NCBI GenBank assembly: GCA_024137785.1 | Contig: JAHRHZ010000145.1 | Coordinates: 22,565,193-22,629,192, forward strand | Length of the DNA: 64,000 bases | Source of the DNA: Ginglymostoma cirratum | Lineage: Eukaryota | Direction: 5' to 3' | Shown here: positions 51,189-62,564 of the stretch, piece after piece | Layout: every line of letters begins with the position of its first letter | Position numbering within the stretch: position 1 is the stretch's first letter | Position numbers and translations under genes: made by a program | The notes under the pieces: model-generated | Told to the model about the DNA's origin: nothing | Seen by the model: only the letters and a program-made list of their open reading frames with translations | Databases searched by the model: none

Positions 51189-53554
51189 TGATACACCCCC
51201 ACATTATTATCCCTTTCTGTATCCTGCCTGGAAACTCTTATGCAGGGTATTGAGTTGCCATCCTTCCCAGCTTGAAGCTAAGTTTCCATTATATCAATGA
51301 TATTATGCTGCCATGCATCTATCTGTGCTGTTAGCTTATTGGCTTTATTCACAGTACTCGTTACACTTCCATATGTAGTTTTTAATGCTGCCACTTGTTT
51401 GTGCTGTCCTTTTTTTAACTTCTGCATTACCTGCCTTTCGGAGTTATTCATTGAGATTCTGAATCCTGTTCCCTACTCTACATTTATTCTCAGGTTCCCA
51501 TCTTCTTGCCAATTTTGTTTTCCCCAACAGCAGTTGCAAATTTCCCTGCAAGGATATTTTATCCCAGTCCCAGCATCCCTAGAACAGGTCCCAAAGTCCC
51601 AGAAATCTGATACTCACCTCTGCCTTCCATCAGTGTTAGAACTGCAGGTCCCTTTAAGGATCAAGCAGAACAGATCCAAAGTGAGAACAAGTGATGTGCA
51701 TTAGATTTTGTGTTTAAGGGCAGGGCTCAAGGTCTCTTGTGGTGCAGTGATAGGTTCAGGTCTCAAATGTTCAAGAGCTGTGTTCTAACATCTCTGAATT
51801 GGTTGGTTAACAAGTTTAATGAAAAAAACAGCAGAACTCACTTGGCCTGGCCAAAGTTACCATGAGCAGATTCAGACGGTGGGCTATGGAGGGGATCATT
51901 TTTTCCCCACTGCCTTCCCCTCTTCCATGGCTACGTTTGCAGCTGGGTGTCCTTGGAAATGGCGAATGAAGTGTCCACCTACATCCTCAAAGTCATTTGA
52001 GAGAGGTGGACAACATGGGGTTAGAATGCCTTATTTCCCCTCCAACTCTATTTTGATTTTGTCTCCTTCCTCTCTCCCTACCTTTCTTTCACTTATGTCA
52101 TCATTGCATTGCCTCTTTGTGTTGTGGAGTTTGTGCTAAACCGTAAATTTAAAATAAAATCCTTGTAAGTCTCTGAAAGCCTTTTGCTGCCTAATTCAAC
52201 TTACTGCCTGTTAAAGCACTTTACAGCTTTCAATTTCTCAGTTCTCCTGTTTCTATGCTGAGAAGCACATGGAGCTGACAGTAATGCTGAGATAACTGAC
52301 ATGGAAGTTCTGCCTTTCAATCTCCTACCCCGCTCCCTGAAATTTGCTTTCAGGACCTCATTCCCATTTCGACTTAAGTCACGACCTCTGGATGTCCACC
52401 CTTTCCTAGAAGAATTTCCTGCAGCTATTTTGTAAAATGCTTCACCCTAGGGAGGAAACAAACCTGCCTTGGGTCACATTGACAGTCACAAAACTGTCTG
52501 TCTGATCCCCTGACGATGGAATCCCCTATCTCAATTGTTCTCCAATCTTTTTTCATTTGCCCGTACAGACCCACCACCTGGAGTGCCAATGATTTGGCGC
52601 TTGCTGCATGCTCCTGAGAAATTATCATCCTCACTGCTTTCCAGAATGGAATACCAATTATCAAGTACAATAAAATCAGGAGACTCCTGTGCTGTCTCCC
52701 TAGCCCACTGAGTCTGGCTGGTAGTTTCCTGTTTCCTTATTGCCTGTATGTGTCTAACCTGAGGTTTGACTGTCTTGCTAAATGTGCTACCCATGTAAGA
52801 CTCTGCCTCACTGATGTACAACAGTGACTCAAGCTGCTGTTCGAGTTCCAAAACTTGAAGATTAAGCTTTTGCAGCTGGTGACACTTCCTGGTGTGTTCA
52901 AGACTTTACATGTACCACTGCATGTACATTCCACTTGGCTGAGCCGACCTGCCATAAATTAGACTATTTATTACAATTAGAATAGTAGAAAAATTTAGCA
53001 GCACTCACAAGTCTGCTTCTTCTCTGTCTTGGGGTCCTCACCTTGCCCACTCTTCTACGTGATGCTGACTGCCTGTAATGCATCCTCACCTTCCCCACTC
53101 CTCAGGCTCTTCATTTCTGACTGTGCAAACTGTGGCTATAATTGCTGCCTACTGTGGACTTGACTCTTCCATAGAAACATTCAGTATACTGATAACATCA
53201 GCAGGGTCACAGTCACTAATTCATTTGTCTCTACAGTCACCCTTATGCAAACTTCAGGAACACATCAGCCTGTGGTACTTCAGTGGATTGCTCAATGCAA
53301 GGCGGGAACTGAATTGTATTTGTTTTCCATATTTAGTCACACTATTGTGGAGTAGTGTATACTCAGAAGTAGAAGCCAGCTTTGGCTTTGAGATATGAAT
53401 AAGGAACAGGAGTGATGTTCTGTCTAAATGGCCATGCGTTAATTCCGTGCTTGCTGATTAGCATGCTGACTTTGTGCGGATGCATTCACTTCTGATTTCC
53501 GCACCTTTGCTGTGCAAGGACATCAGTGTTGCGGCTAGAGAAATTAGGAGGAAT

Positions 53555-53890
53555 GTAGAACAAAAGTATGCCATTCAGCCCTTAAATCATCCAATAAGAT
53601 TGAGGCTGATCTGATTGCAATCTCAAATTAATCTCTCCTACCATGATACCCTTTGCGTCCTTGTTTAACAAGAATAGCTCTCCGCTTTAAAAATATTCAA
53701 GAACTCTGTTTCCACCACTTTTCAGGAAGAGAGTTCTAAAGACTCACTACTCTCTGTGGGTGACTATATTGTTGGGTGACCCGATTTTGAGTCATTTTTA
53801 GATGTTTGATGCCTCATTTTTAAACAGTGACTCCCAGCTCTAGATTCTCGCATAGAAATCAGCTTTCTCTTTAATCATTCTGCCAAGCAG
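53555..53890 (-). mobile_element. CR1 3' end fragment
   Basis: gccattcagccctt..aataagat..ggctgatctg.. matches CR1 3' UTR in antisense, as at 47270-47520. Confidence 0.7.
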
Positions 53891-56800
53891 AAGGAGAATG
53901 GAATGCAGTCTCACCTGCCAAATATGATTCACCTTTGAATCAGCTAATTACATGTCATCAGCATTGGAAATTACAAATGATAAAGGGAAAAAAAAAGTGC
54001 AGTAATGATGTGGACTGCAAGGGGCACGTATTCTAGTTAAGCAATAAAAATGGCACGGGTTTGCCCCAGTAGGAAAACAAATCTATGCACCCTGTCTTGC
54101 ACATGCACAAGTAATATATAAATGGAAACATTCAATTCAACCAGATGGACAGTTTGTAAACCAGAATTATTATAATAATTATTATCTCTGGACACCACAT
54201 GCTCTATTCATTGTGGTAACATTGGTAGATGCTCCATGTTCCTTTATCTGGGAACAGTCACATGAGCTGGATCACAGAGGGGATGCAGGCAGCCAGGACC
54301 CCTCTCCCTGTTGAGCACTCTCATCCTGGGCAAATTGCCAGTTAGAAAAGCCACAAGAAGCCTCTGCCAACAGTTCATGCCACTTTGCGCTGATAAGGGT
54401 GTAGAGCCGAGGGATGAACTTGCAGCATAGCTCCATGGTTAAAAATAAAATCTGGGCCTCATTTGAAAGTACTACTGGTACCCTGGGAGTCTGTTCCTAG
54501 TCCAAGGAGGAAAGGTTGGCTGATTGCATCTTCCTATGTAACTATATTTAATCCAGTACCTTTCAGATTATTAAAAGAAGAACATACAAAATAACTAAGT
54601 TCTTTATGCAATATTTTTGGTAAAGGGATGGAAACAGGTGTCAGGAACACAGCCAGGCTAAGTTACTTGTCAATGTGCACATGGACTAGCAGTGTTAATG
54701 ACTTATTCATTTTATTTACTTCTACTCAACTTTTGTTGGGGCTTTTTCAGAAATTGAACCTGTTGGTTAGCCTGGATTAGGACCTGCAGACAATGCGATT
54801 AGAAAACAAATACATACCACACTGGGACTCTGGCTTCACAGTATCAGGGTCTGCTATAAACATGTTAGTAAGGAATCTGTAAAGTAACTATGGGCAGTGA
54901 CAATCGAGAAATGGCGAAGTCATGTTCATCTTTCTAACAAACTATACTCACTCTGTGCATGAGTTCCAGAAATACTTTGACCGTGTCTCTATTTTCACCA
55001 TGTTTGGTCAAATAGCTGGTTTTACTTACGGGAACGCATTGAACTCTTGAAAATAGTCCTTGAAATTAAGAAAAAACTCTGTAGTCATTCCATGAACAAA
55101 GCCTGCACTTTACAAGGGTCAAAGTTTATGAGTCAGAACAAGGAGTCAAAACTGTGTGTTCAACGCGTTGGTTTCAGTATTGTCTGGAAATTTATGTGGA
55201 TGCTGTACTACAGAGAACTTTGGCAGTTTTGGCTGTAAACTTCTTCCTGTCGCAACTGGGACACCTAGGGCTGAGTTTCACCAATCTGGATATAAATTAA
55301 TCGAAGGATATGTTGATAAATGAAATTAATTAAATAGAGTGAGAGGAGCATCACATGGAACATAAACATTGGAACAGAATGGCTGTCCTTAATGGCCTGT
55401 ATCTGTGCTGTAAATTCTATATGATTCAATTTAATTCAATAAAGACCATTGGTCATATCATACAGCCTTTTGGTCTTTTCCTTATGACGCTGCGAATTGG
55501 TATACAATAAAATAATTCATTTTTCTCTCAAGTTGTTTGGGAAAACAAGCAGTTAACTTCATATCTTTAAATTCTTGGTAAGTTCCAGACAAGGAAGGTC
55601 TTTTATTTTTAAACATTAGAAATGAGAGTCACTTCAAAGTTGCAGCTGTGGCATCTTTGGAGTCACTAGGAGTAACATTAATGGCAGGAAAGGTATATAA
55701 AGAAGCCATTATTTGTGGAGATGGGTGTCTGAATTCCACGTGAACTTGTTCTTGCTCTTGCTGGGGAATGAATGGCACTGTGCCAAGGCAGTGGTATATG
55801 CAAGTTTTGTTGATGCCAAAATGAGGACTGTTACCTTCTGGAAAATGAGACATCTTCTCATATCAGAAACCGAATTTAGCTGATGGTGTTGAGACTCATT
55901 ACAAAAACTTTCTGATTTTCATGCCCATTGTTATCAATAGGCAGATAACCCAAATGGTTTCTAACATGACCTACAGGCCTGGTCCTTTATACTGCAGCGA
56001 TAAATTGAAAATTATTGCTCCCCTTCCTAACCCCACTTGTGTCATCATTAAATACTTCATGACTAGGTATAGTACTAGTTAGGAATAGAGAAAAGCGCTG
56101 CTCAATTGCAAACTGAATGATGCTGACGATGTAGGATACAACTATTTGGATGTGAATTTGGACAAGATAAAGATATTGCCTTTGCCCATCACCCATTCCC
56201 TTCCAGGAACCAACTGTGATGGAAATGGTAACCCCAGCACCAGTGGAATTAAACACAATTGGCCTACTTTAAATCAGTGTTGACAAAAATAAAGGTACTA
56301 CTGGACCATATGGCTACTCCCTCATTAAAGAGAGACAATTGGTGGTGTTTTAGCCTAAGGGTCAGCACACCTCAGGCAAGGGCAGAAGTTGAGCAGGTGG
56401 GTAACCTCAGTCAGTACGGGATTTGCAAAATGAGGGGCAACAAAAAGTCTGAAAACTTCCTTCCCATGTTTTCAACTTAACATAAAACAATCTCCATAAA
56501 AGAATCCAGTCAGTTCCATTCCTGTGCTACCTCTGTAACCTTGCATGTTTGTTTCCCTCACGTGCCCATCCAATTCATGTGCAGAAAACCCACAGGATCA
56601 GTAGGATCACCAGTTTCACACTTGTCAAGTGCTACTGTGCATTGATTTACTTGGATGAAAAACCAGGGGAGATGTAAAACCAGCTCTGCACTTGATCCTG
56701 TCAATTTCCTGACAGATAAATTAATCTACAATCACATCCCTGCCCAACTTGAATGGTATGGTTGACAGGGACAGTATTCCCTTAGGAAATCTGACTTCTT

Positions 56801-57693
56801 GATAAAAATCCTGAGACAGGTTTAAAAAGGTGTCCTGCATTCTAGTTGTTATGGAAACAAGCTTCCTTTCCTTTGTTAGCTATTGGAGCCTTTTTTAACG
56901 CTATGTACATGTTGTGGCAAAATTATGTTTTGTTTTACACTAGTGTTACATCACAGAAAGAGGACTGTGCTGCTGCTGGAGGTGAGATGACAAACACATG
57001 ACTCATCATTATGCAAACACTAAAAGCAGACTTAATTTAGAAACTAGAATATTTAATATTTTAGTAATTGTATGGTGGATAAATACAGCTTCTGTCAGGT
57101 CTCAGTTCAGCACAGTGAATTGTAACTCTTCTCAACGTTAATTTGAGAATGAAAACATGTCTGGATGTGACCAACATTCATACTGGTGGTGGAACACTGT
57201 GTTCTGTAATGAGGGATAAGGCGGGTAGTATTTAGTCCAATGAATGCCCCTGAGAAGCCACAGTCTTAAGTTGATGTGGTGGCTTTGCTGTTTATAGAAC
57301 AAGGTACTGCACAGCAAAAATAGAGGTCAACTTCTCAGGGACTGGCTACAACTGACAGACGGAACAGTTGGGAGGAGTACAAGTGCCCAATCATTCATGA
57401 GAAGACCCTCTCCAAAGAAATTATATAAATGGAATTAACGTACAGATGTAGATTGTGTTGTCGTATATGTCTACAGCAACTCCTTGAAAGAGCTATCCAG
57501 TTACTCCACACCATTGCTCTTTTCTCACAGCCAGCCAACTTATTCTTTTTCTTAACTCCATATCCAATTCCTTTTGGTCAGTTGTTACTGAATTGGCTCT
57601 CACCAACGTTTTAGGCAGTGCCCGCCGAATCATAGTAACACATAGTATTAAAAAAAATGGAGATGCTACACTAATACGAAGGGTAAACAGAAA

Positions 57694-57929
57694 ACCGAAG
57701 GACTGCGGATGCTGGAAAGCAGAAGCAAAATTCAGAAATTGCTGGAAAAGCTCAGCGGGTCTGGCAGCATCTGTGGAGAGAAAGCAGAGTTAATGCTTTA
57801 GGTCCAGTGACCTTTCTTCAGAACTGCAGTTCTGAAGAAGAGGCAGTGGACCAGAACCATTAATTCTGCTTTCTCTCCACAGATGCTGCCAGACCTGCTG
57901 AGCTTTTCCAGCAATTTCTGATTTTGTTT
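57694..57929 (-). mobile_element. PLE-terminus palindromic insertion, family B
   Basis: ~100-bp inverted arms meet at a perfect 26-bp palindrome ttcttcagaactgcagttctgaagaa (57814-57839). Degenerate CUGAAGA..stem..GAAAC-like cores on both strands; flanking aacagaaa repeat (57686-57693, 57930-57937). Confidence 0.85.
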
Positions 57930-58014
57930 AACAGAAAGGGTCCTTTACTGATGTTCCAACATGGACATTTTCTCCATAATCTTACAGGTATAAGTTAAGC
58001 ATGGTTTTAGTTAG

Positions 58015-59262
58015 CATCAGGATATTATTCAAACATATAATATTCTAATAGACTTGACATGATAGATGTTGAGAGGATAATCCCCATTATGGGGAGGATG
58101 TAAAACTAGGTTTCACAGTCTTAAGGATAAGGGCTCACTCCTTTAAGAAGAAGATGAGGATCACTTTCTCCACTCAGAAGGTCATTACTTTGAACTGGCA
58201 AAAGGCAAGGAGCATTCATTCCATACAAGTACCAGGCACTGATTATCACAGAATTGTTATGGTGCAGAAGAAGGCCATTTGGCCCACTATGCCTGCACCG
58301 ACTCTTCAAAAGAACTTCATTACCTAGTGCCAATCTCCTGGTTTTCCTCATACCATTGCACACCATATCTATCCACATAATCATTCAATGCAATCATGAA
58401 TGCCTCAATTGAACATGCCTCCACCACATTTCCGGGCAGTGTCCCCTTACGCTAACTACTCATTGTGTGAAATCGCATTACTCTTGTTTCTTTTGCACTT
58501 CACTTTGAATCTACGTCCTCTCATCTTGTTTATTTCACGAGTGGAAGCAACTTCTCTCTGTCCACTCTACTTTGTCCAACACGCTCATGATTTTGCAAAC
58601 CTATATCTTTTGATCTTCTCTCAGCTTTCTCCTCTCCAAGGAGAAAAATTCCAACTTTTGCAATTTATCCAACAAGAGAGAATCTAACCATCATCCCCTG
58701 ACATTTAATGGCATAACCATCACTGAATCTCCTGCTATGAACATCCTGGGGGTCACCATTGACCAAACTGAACTGAATTAGCCATACAAATGGCTACAGG
58801 AGCAGCTCAGAGGCTAGGAATTCTGCAGCCAGTGACTCACTTTCTGACTCCCCAGAGCTTGTCCACCATCTACAATACATAAGTCAGGAACGTGGTGGAA
58901 TATTCCCCCCTCGCCCAGATGAGTACAGCTCCAATGACACTCAAAGAACTTGACACTATTCAGGACAAAGTGGCTTGATTGATTGGCATCACAGCCACAA
59001 CTATTGACTCATGAACCCACATCCTGTGAGTAGATAAGTTAAATCATTAGTCTTTGGAATTTTCTTCCACGGAGAATATTGGAGTTTGGGTCATTGTACA
59101 TCATCGAGGATGAGTTGGACAGATTTTTGATTGACAAGAGAGATGAGAGATATAGGGGACAAGCTAGAAAGTAGAGTAAAGCCACAATTAGTTTTTTCAT
59201 ATTGAATGGTACCGCAGCCTGCAGGAGGCTGCCTGGCCTACTCCTGTTCCTTATGATCTTAG
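58015..59262. mobile_element. Nest of CR1 3' fragments: + strand ~58015-58200 and ~59040-59262, - strand ~58245-58660
   Basis: The + pieces resemble 15360-15735 (ggcctactcctgttccttatgatctta tail); the - piece starts with a cacagaat..agaagaaggccatttggccc tail. Confidence 0.7.
58665..59010 (+). mobile_element. Fragment of the same LINE family as 18700-19530
   Basis: tccaacaagagagaatctaaccatc and the following ~340 bp align by eye with 18805-19150. Confidence 0.82.
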
Positions 59263-59491
59263 AATGCTTTGATATGGATGCTTCAAGCTTGAGCCAATCC
59301 AATGCTGTCTTCTTTAAAGTGTGACTTTGGGTTGTTCTGCCAGGCAACTAAACCTTCTCATTTTTATTCATGGAGACCATATATTTATGCAGTATTTTCA
59401 TCAATCTAGTCCCAGTAACAATGATGCTCAAACCCAATTGCCTGCATACAAGTGTCTACAAAAATGACGAATACTCCCATACGTATAGCTA

Positions 59492-59604
59492 TTTTCTAAT
59501 CAGCCTGCTCAGAGATGTTTGTACACACCTCTGGAACAGGTGGGATTTGGACATGGGTCTCCTAGCTCAGAGGTAAGGACATGTGATTGTACCATAGCAG
59601 CTCC
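59492..59604 (-). mobile_element. Short tRNA-derived SINE, same family as 51078
   Basis: Reverse complement shares tcccacctg.tccagaggtgtgta..a..tctctga.cagg.tgat with 51146-51192. Confidence 0.65.
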
Positions 59605-60279
59605 TTCTGCACATATAATGCATGTACATATTTTTAAGGGCATTTATGAACTCACATGAAGAACATGAATAGTTACACAGTAAACAATTGATCACTGAGG
59701 TATGCTTACAAAGCAGATGACAGTAGGAATTCTAGAAGCACCTCTCTATTAACCAATAGAGGCACATGAGGAATGAGCCAAATCCCAGACCTCAATCTAT
59801 GATTTGACACCAAGCCAGTCACAGCTTGTGCATATGGTGCCACCCTTTGGCTTTCTAAATTCCACTGGGTCCTAATATTCACTCAATTCTGACTTTCCCA
59901 CCTCCGCTGGGTGATAAAGGGATTCAAACACAAAAGTGAGAGTTTAAAATTTTAGTTGTTGCTGGACTGAGAAGCAGTGTAGATCAAAGAGGGATTGAGT
60001 GATTGGTATGTGTGATGTGGTGCAGGATTGGGACCAGCTGGCAGAGTCTAGGATGAATTGAACTTCGCTGAAGATGGAGGCTGGGAAACAAAATAGGTGA
60101 GTCCTGAGGGTGAAAAAGTCATGGATGAGGATTGCAACAGTAGACAGCAGTGACAGAGGATAGCGAAGAGTTGGAAGCAGTTGATCTTTATAATGGAGAG
60201 GATTGCAATCAGTAATCTGTCAACCATCAGGACGGAAAATGCCCGATTGTATGTCATCTATTTTAAATGGATAGGTAAT

Positions 60280-60492
60280 CAGACACGGGGAATGTTGGAG
60301 AAACTCAGCAGGGCTCATGGCATCTGTGCAAGAAGAAACGCAAGTTAATGTTTTGAGTCTAATTTGACTCTTCTTCAGAAGAGTCAACTCTGTTTCTCTC
60401 TTCACAGATGCATGCTTCACAGAGCCCTGCAGAGTTTCTCCAGCATTTTCTGCGTCTGTTATATTTCCAGCATCTGTACTGCTTTGCTTTTA
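60280..60492 (+). mobile_element. PLE-terminus palindromic insertion, family B
   Basis: Inverted arms (ggagaaactcagcagggctc / gagccctgcagagtttctcc) with a central ttgactcttcttcagaagagtcaa hairpin and a ccagcatctg tail. Confidence 0.78.
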
Positions 60493-60671
60493 TACAACCA
60501 GGTAGTGTGGACCAACAATTTGCCAACAAACATTGTTGCTCACTGTGAACATTCTACTGGTCTATCTGTTCTATAATGTTAAAACGTAAGAAATAGGACA
60601 GTTCATCCAGTATTTCATAATTAGCACTAAATGTTCCCCTTTAACATCATAAGTTAAGGTTTTGTGTCTGA

Positions 60672-60775
60672 AGTTCTGAATGAAAGTCATATCAGACTTG
60701 AAAAGTTAATAGTTTCTCTCTGCAGAGATGGTGCCAGAACCTGCTGAGCTTTGCTAGCGTTCTCTGTATTTGTTT
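60672..60775 (+). mobile_element. Single-arm PLE family B fragment
   Basis: agttctgaatgaaagtcatatcagacttgaaaagttaat...cctgctgagc resembles the family B arm. Confidence 0.65.
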
Positions 60776-61670
60776 CTTAATCTCAAAATTGGCTGGAAAA
60801 CAATAGTCAGATGTTGGGAAAACAATGAGGCAAACTGGAAAATAGTACCATTTCAGGGTAAAAAGAAAATAAATGTGAGTTTATACTCAATATAAGATAC
60901 TTAAGTTAGTGGATGAATAGAGAGACCTAAGTGCTTAAAATGCAAATTCAGATAAAGTAAGCACATCATGGTTAACAGAGTTCAATGTTTTATAACCAGA
61001 TAGAAGGTAAAATTAGTTAAAAAGTTTGATTAGGCCACGGTTGGAATATTGAGTGCAGCTTTGGGCAACTTGTTTTGGGAAGGACATTAAAGGCATGGAG
61101 TGGAATCTTCTGCTTTTTGATCTGCGGTGTGGTGGCAGGGGTAAAATCAGACAGAATATCCATCAGCAGTGTCAACTACAAAACAGTTCAGATAATGTAC
61201 CAATCAGGCACGTAAGTGGTTACCCGTTGGGCTTTCTGCCAGGACCACTCCCTGGGACAGTGATGTCCACTCCCACTTGAAGCTGCTTGATAATCAGAAG
61301 CAGAGCTATTGTGGAGCCTCTGTACTCCATCAGAAGTTGGAGCTGCTGGTGGCACTGTATACTGGAAATCCAGGAACAGTTGGCATAAGAGGTACTTTAT
61401 TCTGGGGGCAGTGGTGAGGGTCGTGGCTCCCAGTTCATGCTGCTGATGTCCTAAATTGAGGCAGATCCAGGATGCAGTTTGCTAACTGGCTGGGAATAGA
61501 GCTAATCACGGCTTTGGTGTGAAATGTTTCTTAAGTATTTGTTAATTGACAACCCACTGGTCTCAATTGGTGGAAGAAGGCTTTGCTGTTCAAAAAGTAA
61601 TTCCTATCATGGTGGCAAGGTGGTAGAAGATCTTCCTGAAGACAACTCATCTGATTATCTTTGATTATCT

Positions 61671-62564
61671 CAGTGACTCCCTTGTCCGCTCCACACTCCC
61701 CTCCAGCCCTACCACACCCGGCACTTTTCCCTGCAAATGCAGCAAGTGCTACACCTGCCCCCACACCTCCTCCCTCACCCCCACCCCAGGCCCTTAGAAG
61801 ACTTTCCACATCAAACAGATGTTCACCTGCACATCTGCTATTGTGGTATACTGCATCCGCTGTACCCGTTGTGGCTTCCTCTACATCGGGGAAACCAAGC
61901 GCAGGCTTGGGGACCACTTTGCGGAACCCCTGCACTCTGTTTGCAACAAACAACTGCACCTCCCAGTCACAAACCATTTCAACTACCCCTCTCACTCCTT
62001 GGACGACATGTCCATCCTGGGCATCCTGCATTGCCACAATGATGCCACCCGAAAGCTGCAGGAACAGCATCTCATATTTCGCTTGGGAACCCTGCAGCCC
62101 AAGGGTATCAATGTGGACTTCACAAGCTTCAAAATGTCCCCTCCCCCGACCGCATCCCAAAACCAGCCCAGCTTGTCCCCGCCTCGCTAACCATTCCTCC
62201 CACCTCAAGCCCCACCCCATCTCCTACCCACTAACCTCATCCCGCCTCCTTGTCCTGTCTGTCCTCCCTGGACCGACCTACCCCCTCCCTAACTCCCCAC
62301 CTACATTCAACTTTACTTGCTCCAACCCCGCCTCTTTAACCTGTCTGTCTCCTCTCCACCTATCTTCTCCTTTATCCATCTTCTATCCGCCTCTCCGTCT
62401 CTCCCTATTTATTTCAGAATCCCCTCCCACCCGCCATTTCTGAAGAAGGGTCTTGACCCGAAACATCAGCTTTCCTGCTCCTCTGATGCTGCTTGGCCTG
62501 CTGTGTTCATCCAGCTCTACACCTTGTTATCTCAGATTCTCCAGCATCGGCAGTTCCTACTATC
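61671..62564 (+). mobile_element. 5'-truncated Penelope-like retroelement (probably Neptune-type): Cys-rich linker, GIY-YIG endonuclease, 3' pLTR with hammerhead-like core and tail
   Basis: One reading frame gives GTFPCKCSKCYTCPH...(TAG at 61795)...FTCTSAIVVYCIRCTRCGFLYIGETKRRLGDHFAE...NHFN...EQHLIFRLGTLQPKGINVDF (VVY/YIG/R/E/N GIY-YIG motifs). It is followed by a C-rich 3' UTR. TSD tctgatt(a/t)tcttt at 61650-61662 and 62565-62577. Confidence 0.92.
62440..62467 (+). ncRNA. Minimal hammerhead ribozyme-like motif in the PLE pLTR (CpG-decayed)
   Basis: CUGAAGA-A-GGGU-cuug-ACCC-GAAAC-AUC; other copies of the family read GAAACGUC. Stem I pairing is weak. Confidence 0.6.

Larger units (their letters stand above)
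48960..52960 (-). mobile_element. Decayed near-full-length CR1 LINE (ORF1 esterase, APE endonuclease, RT remnants)
   Basis: Minus-strand remnants in the expected order: ORF1 MAGRLSQVEC.., ELEQQLESL, IGDSIVRGSDRQFC..VCFLP (SGNH-type GDS motif); endonuclease end ILDLIITNE..FGDSDHNS (50637-50954); RT motif VDIVCLDFSKAF near 49470-49510. Confidence 0.85.

Noticed and set aside
61531-62443. 229-aa (-) and 260-aa (+) Pro/Gly-rich ORFs
   Set aside because: Alternative frames of the C-rich PLE; the real frame is the GIY-YIG one.
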